Assembly: GCA_051884935.1 (NCBI GenBank)
Contig: JBJEWG010000206.1
Span: forward strand, 1 to 39,894
Source: Kiritimatiellia bacterium
GTDB taxonomy: Bacteria > Verrucomicrobiota > Kiritimatiellia > RFP12 > UBA1067
Length of the DNA stretch: 39,894 bases
Direction: 5' to 3'
Shown here: positions 9,221 through 15,892 of the stretch, piece after piece
How positions within the stretch are numbered: position 1 is the stretch's first letter
Layout: each line of letters begins with the position of its first letter
The notes under the pieces: model-generated
What the model was told of the DNA's origin: nothing
Database searches by the model: none
The model's input: the letters and a program-made list of their open reading frames with translations, nothing else
Program-made: the position numbers and the translations under genes

Positions 9221-9229
9221 AGTATAGCA
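9221..9229 (-). promoter_or_regulatory. Extended -10 promoter element TGCTATACT for the tad/flp operon
   Basis: The minus strand reads TGCTATACT-ACCGCCG-ATG. Only 7 nt separate the motif from the start codon, which leaves no room for an SD and implies a leaderless transcript. Confidence 0.45.
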
Positions 9230-9473
9230 TAAATCCGCGAGGGCATGGCCGGGATATCGCTTTGGCGGTTATATGTATATATAAGGTCACGCGCGCGCGC
9301 GCGAAGCCCCGCCCCGTGGCGGAGGCTGAGGGGAGGAGCAGAGGAGGGGTCGGGGGAGGGGCGGCGACAGAAAACTTTCCCTCGGGCGACCCTCGGGCGG
9401 TGGGTCGGCGAGAGAACTTTTTTTCAGTTGGATTCTAATAAATTAAACGAACCTAAACTGAAAGGAAAGCAAC

Positions 9474-9887
9474 ATGAAGAACCAATCCCTCGCAACGCGC
9501 CTTGACTTCTATGCCAAGGTCTACGACCTCCGCCAATCCTACGCCAAAAAGCGCGCCCCATTCTGGGCCAACGCCGTCCGTCTAGATGACTGCCTCGAAA
9601 CCGAAGACGGCAGCATTACCGAAAACGCACTTTTGAGCGACAATGGAATTTGCGCGCAGAAGATTCGCACCATGGGCGAAATGGAACCGTGGCAAGTCGA
9701 ATTTGGCCGCGTGATGGCCACTTTAACCCCGACTGAACGCCGCGTCGTTGAAGCGCTCGATCAGGATACGCGCCCGACGGCGGTTGCGCGAATCACGGGC
9801 ATAAACCGCCGACAGGTCTATCGCGTACTGAATTCTTTGCGTAAACTTTTGAAAAATTGTCACACTTTACGCAATTTCTGCGAATGA
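9474..9887 (+). CDS. Small HTH protein resembling sigma-70 region 4 / LuxR-type HTH
   Basis: 137 aa. The C-terminal LTPTERRVVEALDQDTRPTAVARITGINRRQVYRVLNSLRKLL resembles ECF-sigma region 4. AAAGGAAAG SD upstream. Visibly lower GC than the surroundings. Confidence 0.55.
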   Translation: MKNQSLATRLDFYAKVYDLRQSYAKKRAPFWANAVRLDDCLETEDGSITENALLSDNGICAQKIRTMGEMEPWQVEFGRVMATLTPTERRVVEALDQDTRPTAVARITGINRRQVYRVLNSLRKLLKNCHTLRNFCE

Positions 9888-9899
9888 TATATGGGTCGA

Positions 9900-9933
9900 G
9901 GGAGATGCTGGCACCGAGTGGTGCCAGTCTCCC
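9900..9933 (+). promoter_or_regulatory. Strong intercistronic stem-loop between the HTH gene and the HU-like gene
   Basis: GGGAGA-tg-CTGGCAC-CGAGTG-GTGCCAG-TCTCCC gives 13 paired positions and no U-tail. It lies 13 nt after the stop of the upstream gene and 30 nt before ATG 9963. Confidence 0.5.
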
Positions 9934-9962
9934 GAGGCGAATATAAACAAGGAGGCCAAGAT

Positions 9963-10688
9963 ATGGCATCAGAAATAAATCAACTCAGGTACCGCGTGTA
10001 CCCATCCCGAAATCCCGTGACCGGCGGCGCGATTCTGCGCCCGGTAGTCACCCAACGGACCACGATGAACCTACGGCAACTCGTAGCATATGCGAAGACC
10101 GCCGGATTCGTCCGCGGCCAGCAGAGGGACCTCGAAGGTCTCCTCGGCGGCTTCATCGAGGCGATGCAGGACCGCGCGAAAGCCGGTTGCTCGATCAACA
10201 TCAACGGCTGGTTCGTCATCTCGGGCCAGCTCAAAGGCACAGTCGGCGAGGATCGTAAACTCACGTCCGCGAACGACTACCACGTCACGATCTCGGCCTC
10301 CAAGGACCTGAAGGTCGATATTTCGAACTTCAGCTGGTCGCGCGTGGATGACGATGTGCCGATCGCAAAGATCGAGCGACTCTGTTCGACGAATGGCACT
10401 CAGGGCGAAATCATTCGGATGCAGGAGTTCGTCGCAATCGGACGAAACTTCTCGTTCAATACCACGTGGGGTGACCGAATCATCGTGAGCTGGACGGAGG
10501 ACGAGAACGAGAAGTCGGCTGATCTGACGCCGAGTTCAAAGGGCTTGACCTATCTGCACTTCGACTGGCCGGAGGCGCTTGAGAGCGTCCCGACCGGGAC
10601 CGAGCTCACGTTCACCTTCCGTCTGCACGTCGAGGAGGGCGCGCCCGAACAGGTCTGCACGAAGACCGCGAAGCTGGTGGCGAAGTAG
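9963..10688 (+). CDS. HU-like (Bacteroidota HU-HIG type) DNA-binding domain protein with C-terminal beta-rich extension
   Basis: ATG 9963 is preceded by AAGGAGG at 7-nt spacing. The N-terminal YRVYPSRNPVTGGAILRPVVTQRTTMNLRQLVAYAKTAGFVRGQQRDLEGLLGGFIEAMQDRAKAGCSININGWFVISGQLKG resembles the HU-HIG family from memory. The C-terminal half resembles the Ig-like domain often fused to it (DUF4469-like). Not verified by search. Confidence 0.6.
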   Translation: MASEINQLRYRVYPSRNPVTGGAILRPVVTQRTTMNLRQLVAYAKTAGFVRGQQRDLEGLLGGFIEAMQDRAKAGCSININGWFVISGQLKGTVGEDRKLTSANDYHVTISASKDLKVDISNFSWSRVDDDVPIAKIERLCSTNGTQGEIIRMQEFVAIGRNFSFNTTWGDRIIVSWTEDENEKSADLTPSSKGLTYLHFDWPEALESVPTGTELTFTFRLHVEEGAPEQVCTKTAKLVAK

Positions 10689-10718
10689 TAGCCGGGCGGC
10701 GCGTAATCCGCGCCTCGC

Positions 10719-10760
10719 GGGGGCGGGTGGCCGCTGGGCCGCCCGCCCCCGTTTTCATTT
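10719..10760 (+). terminator. Rho-independent terminator
   Basis: 14-bp stem GGGGGCGGGTGGCC / GGCCGCCCGCCCCC with one U-G pair and loop GCTG, followed by GTTTTCATTT. Confidence 0.6.
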
Positions 10761-11171
10761 AACTCCGAGCGTTTGCAAATGGCTCCGCTAACGCTCCGCC
10801 TTGGGCTTCACGCTTCTTCAACGATTTCCTTTTACGAGCAAAGGAGAGAGAAGAGAATAGAAGATATAGAGAGGAGATGCTCATAACGGCGTCTCAGCCT
10901 TGCGCACGACCATAAGTGTGGCAACCAGCGTGGCTGAAGCCACGCGCCCCGATACCGCGCCTTACGCGCGCGCCATCTGAAACCAAAAACGCACAACAGA
11001 AAGGCCTGCCCTTCGCGTGTGACTTTAGTATAGACAGCGAGGCAGTGCTCTTTTAACGGTTGGGCCGTGCATTCCTTCTATGGAAGAAGATGTTTAGATG
11101 GAACGAGCCGTTGAAGAAGCGCGAAGCCTGAGGCGGAGCGTTAGCGGAGCCATTTGCAAACGTTCGGAGTT
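10761..11171. repeat. Inverted-repeat-bounded non-coding element, copy 1 (411 bp)
   Basis: Arms 10761-10823 and 11109-11171 are reverse complements with 59 of 63 positions matching. There is no credible ORF inside. A related element lies at 20609-21130. Confidence 0.7.
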
Positions 11172-11200
11172 TCTATTGGGTGGAGTTGGGGGGTGGTCTC

Positions 11201-11230
11201 TTGGCAGGGAGGGGTGGGATGTGGTATACT
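11201..11230 (+). promoter_or_regulatory. metK promoter (TTGGCA-N18-TATACT with TG extension)
   Basis: -35-like TTGGCA at 11201-11206. TGTGGTATACT at 11220-11230, the same extended -10 motif seen upstream of other genes in the window. Confidence 0.5.
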
Positions 11231-11236
11231 GGAGTG

Positions 11237-11355
11237 CATCGAAGCATCAGGAAGCGGGCGCACAGTGCGGCCGTGCCAACCGAGCGGAAACCGCCACGGT
11301 GGATAGGGGATCAGCCCCGGATGCGCTTCGCAAGTACGAAGAAAGAGAGAAGAAC
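11237..11355 (+). promoter_or_regulatory. Structured 5' leader of metK; candidate SAM-responsive riboswitch (class unassigned)
   Basis: Closing helix CGAAGCAUC (11240-11248) / GAUGC-GC-UUCG (11320-11330). Internal hairpins include GCGG-AAA-CCGC and GGGG-AUCAG-CCCC. GUGCCAA and GCGGAAAC recall the 3' half of SAM-I, but the canonical SAM-I 5' half is not seen. Confidence 0.3.
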
Positions 11356-12537
11356 ATGGCCAAACATGCCGAACGGCACGTTTTCACCTCCGAGTCGGTC
11401 TCGGAGGGGCATCCCGACAAGGTCGCGGACCAGATATCCGACGCAATCCTCGACGCCTGCATGAAGGGCGATCCGAACGCCCATGTGGGGTGTGAGACGA
11501 TGGTGGGGCCGAACCTCGTGGTGAACATGGGCGAGATCACCGCCCGGGGCTACGAGAAGATCAATCCGCAGGAGATCGCGCGGGCGGTGGTGAAGGAGAT
11601 CGGCTACGACCGTCCCGAGGAGGGCTTCAGCTGGAACACGTTCAACTACGTGAGCGCGCTGCACGGGCAGAGCCCCGACATCGCGCAGGGGGTGAACCGC
11701 GCGAAGGCCGAGAAGCAGGGGGCGGGCGACCAGGGGATGATGTTCGGGTACGCGACGAACGAGACGAAGTCCCTGATGCCGGCGCCGATCGTCTACTCGC
11801 ACGAGCTGCTGCGCGTCTTCACGAAGCTGCGCAAGTCGGGGGAGGCGGGGTATCTGCGGCCGGACTCGAAGTGCCAGCTCTCGGTGGCCTACGAGGATGG
11901 GCGGCCGGTGTCGATCGAGACGGTGGTGCTGTCGCACCAGACGACCGAGGAGGGGGCCCGGCGGGCGTGCTACGCGCAGATGGAGGAGATCGCGCGCGAC
12001 TTCCTCGCGGGCACGGGGCTGATCACGGCGCGGACGAAGTTCTACGTCAACCCCACGGGCAAGTTCGTGGTGGGGGGGCCGACGGGCGACAGCGGCCTCA
12101 CGGGACGCAAGATCATCGTGGACACCTACGGCGGCATGGCGGCGCACGGCGGCGGCGCGTTCAGCGGCAAGGACCCGTCGAAGGTGGACCGCAGCGCGGC
12201 CTACTACGCACGCTACGCGGCGAAGAACATCGTCGCGGCGGGGTTCGCCGACCGCTGCCAGATACAGGTGGCGTACGCGATCGGCGTGGACCGGCCGGTC
12301 TCCGTGTGCGTGAAGACGTTCGGCACGAACCACGGCGTGACGAACGAGCAGCTTGAGCGGGTGATCCTCGCGGGCAAGGTGTTCGACTTCCGCCCCTACG
12401 CGCTCATCAAGGACCTTGGGCTCGCGAAGCCGAAGGGGTGGAGCTACCGCGAGACGGCCAACTACGGGCACTTCGGCCGCGCCGGGTTCCCGTGGGAGAA
12501 GACCGACCGGGTGGCCGCGCTCAAAGCCGCGCTGTAA
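11356..12537 (+). CDS. metK: S-adenosylmethionine synthetase
   Basis: 393 aa from ATG 11356 ([34 protein letters not shown]). Diagnostic MetK motifs are present: [59 protein letters not shown]. The track ORF start at 11098 lies inside the repeat element and is rejected. Confidence 0.95.
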   Translation: MAKHAERHVFTSESVSEGHPDKVADQISDAILDACMKGDPNAHVGCETMVGPNLVVNMGEITARGYEKINPQEIARAVVKEIGYDRPEEGFSWNTFNYVSALHGQSPDIAQGVNRAKAEKQGAGDQGMMFGYATNETKSLMPAPIVYSHELLRVFTKLRKSGEAGYLRPDSKCQLSVAYEDGRPVSIETVVLSHQTTEEGARRACYAQMEEIARDFLAGTGLITARTKFYVNPTGKFVVGGPTGDSGLTGRKIIVDTYGGMAAHGGGAFSGKDPSKVDRSAAYYARYAAKNIVAAGFADRCQIQVAYAIGVDRPVSVCVKTFGTNHGVTNEQLERVILAGKVFDFRPYALIKDLGLAKPKGWSYRETANYGHFGRAGFPWEKTDRVAALKAAL

Positions 12538-12551
12538 GGCGTTGAGGCGCC

Positions 12552-13658
12552 TCACGCATAGAGGTTGACGCGCGCGGCGAGATAGGGTTCGTGCGCGTCA
12601 ACCCAGCCGCGGATGAGGTCGCTCATGCGGCCCGAGGCCAGCGCGGCGCGCACGAGGGTGGTGCCGGCGAGCTTGTCGAGCCAGTTGGGGCGTGCGTCGG
12701 CGAGCAGGTCGCCGCCGTGACGCCGCATCAGGGCGTTGAGGATGATCGTGCCGGCGGTGACGGGGTAGAAGGCGTTCGGGTTCTCGATGGAGAAGATGAG
12801 TCCGTCGAGGACCTGGCCCTTGTAGTTGCCGCCCGCGGGGCGGTAGCGCAGCGGACGCACGCCGATGCCGCAGGAGGGGAGGACCTTGCCGATGTCGCCG
12901 AAGAGCTGCACCACGTCCAGCCAGGGTGCGCCGAGCACGCGGAAGGCGAAGGGGCCGTCCCGGTCGCAGTCCAGGGCGGGGTATGCCTCGGTGAAGACGG
13001 TGGCGGGGTAGAGGGCGGCGCAGTCCCAGTTGCGGATGGAGGGGGATGGGGGCGTGAAGTTCGGCCAGGGGCCGCGCGCGGCGTGGGACCAGTCCGCCAT
13101 GCGGATGACGGTGAGATCGAGGTCGAGCCGCTCCTCCCGCACGATGTAGGTGGCGCACTCGCCGGGGGTCATGCCGTGGCAGAGGGGGATGTCGAGCGGG
13201 GCGACGAAGGATGAGAAGACGTCCTCGCGCAGGGGGCCGTCCACGGGTCCCCCCAGGGGTATCGGGCGGTCGAGCACGGTGACGGGCAGGCGGGCGGTGG
13301 CGGCGGCCTCCAGCATGTTCTTCAGGGTGGCGAGGTAGGTGTAGCAGCGCACGCCGATATCCTGTAGATCGACGACGACGCGCGAGATGCCCGCGAACAT
13401 CTCGGGGCTGGGGCGGCGCGAGGCGCCGTAGAGGGAATGGACGGGGATGTGCCAGATGGGATGGATCTCGCTGTCGGTCCGTTCGCCCGCCGCGACGAGG
13501 CCGTACCAGCCGTGCTCCGGCGAGAAGAGGCTCTTAAGGCGGTTCCCGAAGGTCTTGCGGAGGAGTCCGGCGGTGGGGGTGGACTGCTGGGCGAGCAGGC
13601 CGAAGGGCTGGGGGGCGGTGGCGGCGAGGTGCCGCACGAGCGAGGCGTAGTCAACCAT
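12552..13658 (-). CDS. DUF1343 family protein (NamZ-like exo-beta-N-acetylmuramidase family)
   Basis: Family motifs are present: FSPEHGWYG, VHSLYG, VVDLQDIGVRCYTYLATL, TVLDRPIPLGG, PLCHGMTPGE. I prefer ATG 13658, which is preceded by AAGGA, over the TTG at 13676, which would overlap the upstream gene. Confidence 0.8.
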   Translation of the reverse strand: MVDYASLVRHLAATAPQPFGLLAQQSTPTAGLLRKTFGNRLKSLFSPEHGWYGLVAAGERTDSEIHPIWHIPVHSLYGASRRPSPEMFAGISRVVVDLQDIGVRCYTYLATLKNMLEAAATARLPVTVLDRPIPLGGPVDGPLREDVFSSFVAPLDIPLCHGMTPGECATYIVREERLDLDLTVIRMADWSHAARGPWPNFTPPSPSIRNWDCAALYPATVFTEAYPALDCDRDGPFAFRVLGAPWLDVVQLFGDIGKVLPSCGIGVRPLRYRPAGGNYKGQVLDGLIFSIENPNAFYPVTAGTIILNALMRRHGGDLLADARPNWLDKLAGTTLVRAALASGRMSDLIRGWVDAHEPYLAARVNLYA

Positions 13659-13662
13659 CGGT

Positions 13663-14523
13663 TCAGGTCCTTTCAAGCGTGACGCGCAGCGAGGCGATGG
13701 AGCGGGCGGTGTTGGAGACGGAGGGGTCGCCGGGGGGCGTGGCGGCGACCAGGGCGTCCGAGGCGGCGGCGTGGAGCCAGACGGCGGATGCGGCGGCGAG
13801 GAAGGGGTCGTCCACGCCGCGCCGGGCGAGGCCGGCCCAGCGCGCGGCGAGCACGCCGGAGAGCAGGTCGCCCATGCCGCCCATGGCCATGAAGGGATTG
13901 CCGGCCTCGCAGGTGAAGACGTCGGCGCGGCCCGGCGCGGCGACGAGCGTGCGGTGGCCCTTGAGGACGACGACGGACTGGTAGCGCGCGACGATGCGGC
14001 GCACGGCCTCCGGGCGGTCGCGCTGGACGTCGTCCGGCCTGCAGGCGAGGAGGCGGGCGGCCTCGCCCGCGTGCGGGGTGAGGACGAGGGACTGGCCCTG
14101 GGCGATGGGAAGGGGGCCGGACTTCTTGGCGTACCAGTTGGCGAGCAGGGTGAGGGCGTCGGCGTCGAGCACGAAGCGGCCCGCGCTGCCGGAAAGAAGG
14201 CGGGAGAGGAGCATCTCGGAGTTCTGCGAGGCGCCGAGGCCCATGCCGATCGCCGTGACGTCCGCCTTGGGCGGCACGCAGGCGGGCGTCTGCTTGGTGA
14301 AGGTGGCCTCGGGGAGGAGCATTCCCGTGGCGAGGCGCGAGGCGTCCGGCACCACGAGCTGGACGAGTCCGGCGCCGGCGGCGCGCGCGCCGAGGCCCGC
14401 GATGACGGGGGCGTGGATGTAGTGCGCCGAACCGCCGACGATGGTGACCGTGCCGGCCGAGTACTTGTGGAGGTCGGCGGGACGCTTCGGGAAGGCGCCG
14501 ACGAGTTGAGCGGGAAGATTCAT
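13663..14523 (-). CDS. nnrD: ADP/ATP-dependent NAD(P)H-hydrate dehydratase (YjeF C-terminal family)
   Basis: 286 aa with family motifs HKYSAGTVTIVGGS, LTPHAGEAARLL and GNPFMAMGGMGDLLSGV. Confidence 0.85.
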   Translation of the reverse strand: MNLPAQLVGAFPKRPADLHKYSAGTVTIVGGSAHYIHAPVIAGLGARAAGAGLVQLVVPDASRLATGMLLPEATFTKQTPACVPPKADVTAIGMGLGASQNSEMLLSRLLSGSAGRFVLDADALTLLANWYAKKSGPLPIAQGQSLVLTPHAGEAARLLACRPDDVQRDRPEAVRRIVARYQSVVVLKGHRTLVAAPGRADVFTCEAGNPFMAMGGMGDLLSGVLAARWAGLARRGVDDPFLAAASAVWLHAAASDALVAATPPGDPSVSNTARSIASLRVTLERT

Positions 14524-14531
14524 ACGGCGGC

Positions 14532-14542
14532 ATTATAGCACA
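14532..14542 (-). promoter_or_regulatory. Extended -10 promoter TGTGCTATAAT for nnrD (leaderless configuration)
   Basis: The minus strand reads TGTGCTATAAT-GCCGCCGT-ATG, with 8 nt between the -10 and the start codon. Confidence 0.5.
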
Positions 14543-14574
14543 AAATCGGCGTCCGCCGCCTTGGGAGGGGGAAT

Positions 14575-14585
14575 TGTGGTATACT
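14575..14585 (+). promoter_or_regulatory. Extended -10 promoter TGTGGTATACT for the oxidoreductase operon
   Basis: It lies back-to-back with the nnrD promoter, 32 bp apart. A roughly 30-nt leader with a purine-rich SD (GAGAGAGAGGACGGAACGGA) precedes ATG 14623. Confidence 0.5.
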
Positions 14586-14622
14586 CGGGCCGATTCGATC
14601 ACGAGAGAGAGGACGGAACGGA

Positions 14623-15876
14623 ATGATTCAGATCGGCAGACGGGAGTTTCTCTTCAAGGGGCTCGCGACGGCGTGCGCGCTGGGCACGCGCCGGACGTGG
14701 GCGCAGGCGGCGACGCCGCCCTCGAAGACGATCACGATGGCCATTCTCGGCGCGGGGGCGCGCGGGCGGCAGATGCTGCCCGTGTTCCTCAACCAGCCGG
14801 GCGTGCGCTTCCTCGCCGCGTGCGACGCCCTGCGCGCGCGCCGCGAGTGGGCCAAGGCCGAGATCGACGCCTACAACGGCAACACCGACTGCCGGCTCTA
14901 CGCCGACTTCCGCGAGATGCTCGCCCGTCCCGACATCGACGCCCTCTACATCGCCACCGGCGACCGCTGGCACGCCCGCCTCGCGATCGCCGCCATGCGC
15001 GCGGGCAAGGACGTCTACTGCGAGAAGCCCATCGCGCTCTCCATCGAGGAGGGCGAGGCCGTGATGCGCGCCTCGGAGCTCTACCAGCGCATCTACCAGG
15101 GCGGCGTGCAGCGGCGCAACGTGGGGAACTTCGTGACGGCGATGCGCCTCGCCACGAGCGGCCGCCTCGGGCGCGTCCACACTGTCCACGCCGGTATGGC
15201 GCCCATGGGGCGCAGCGCCGCGAACCACTACCTGCCCGAGGAGCCGCTGCCGGACAAGAGGGACTTCGACTGGGATATGTGGACGGGCCCCGCGCCGCTG
15301 CGCCCGTACAACGCGCAGTACGTGCTCAACCACAAATGGCACGACGAATACGACTACCACGGCGACCTCAGCGAATGGGGCTCGCACACCATCGACCTCT
15401 GCCAGCTGGCGCTGGGGCGCGAACTCACCGCGCCCGTGAAGTACGTGCCGGTCGGTCCGGGCGAGATCGACGCATTCTACCCGGACGGCGTGAAGCTCGT
15501 GATGCGCAGCACCGGCTTCGAGGACTCCTGCGCGATCCGCCTGGAGGGCGACGAGGGGTGGGTGGAGACGGACGACTCCGGCGGCGTGGCCGTCTCGAAC
15601 CCGCTGCTTCTTGAGGGGCACACGATCCGCCACGAGAGCTGGGCGCGGCCCGTGCAGCATCCGGCGGAGTTCATCGCGTGCGTGCGGTCGCGTCTGCGCG
15701 CGAGCGCGCCGGCGGATTCCCTGCATATGACGCACGTGGCGTGCCACGCGGCGTCCGTCGCGTTCCACCTGAACCGCGCGATGGCGTTCGACCTGAAGAC
15801 GTTCACGTTCCCGGGCCATGCGGACGCCACGCAGCTGCTGAAGCGTTCAAACCGCGCGCCCTGGGTGCTGGGCTGA
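14623..15876 (+). CDS. Gfo/Idh/MocA-family oxidoreductase with twin-arginine (Tat) signal peptide
   Basis: 417 aa. Tat motif MIQIGRREFLFKGLATACALG. Rossmann N-terminus ITMAILGAGARGRQ. EKP motif (VYCEKPIAL) typical of the family. Confidence 0.85.
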   Translation: MIQIGRREFLFKGLATACALGTRRTWAQAATPPSKTITMAILGAGARGRQMLPVFLNQPGVRFLAACDALRARREWAKAEIDAYNGNTDCRLYADFREMLARPDIDALYIATGDRWHARLAIAAMRAGKDVYCEKPIALSIEEGEAVMRASELYQRIYQGGVQRRNVGNFVTAMRLATSGRLGRVHTVHAGMAPMGRSAANHYLPEEPLPDKRDFDWDMWTGPAPLRPYNAQYVLNHKWHDEYDYHGDLSEWGSHTIDLCQLALGRELTAPVKYVPVGPGEIDAFYPDGVKLVMRSTGFEDSCAIRLEGDEGWVETDDSGGVAVSNPLLLEGHTIRHESWARPVQHPAEFIACVRSRLRASAPADSLHMTHVACHAASVAFHLNRAMAFDLKTFTFPGHADATQLLKRSNRAPWVLG

Positions 15877-15892
15877 AGGGAAAGGGAAAGAG

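Noticed and set aside
6781-9222. 813-aa plus-strand ORF antisense to the tad pilin genes. Similar long shadows occur at 112-2493(-), 15803-17965(-), 18149-20449(-), 22439-25033(+) and 11311-12555(-).
   Set aside because: All lie opposite or out of frame to genes with clear family motifs. They have Arg/Gly/Ala/Pro-dominated composition and lack recognisable domains, signal peptides or SDs.
9330-9361. G-quadruplex motif as a specific regulatory element
   Set aside because: Four G-runs are present, but one loop is 12 nt and G-runs are expected by chance in DNA this GC-rich. It is mentioned only as part of the low-complexity region finding.
12538-12551. Bidirectional terminator between metK and the DUF1343 gene
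   Set aside because: Only a 10-bp palindrome (GAGGCGCCTC) fits in the 14-bp gap, and there are no U-tracts on either strand. The evidence is insufficient for a call.
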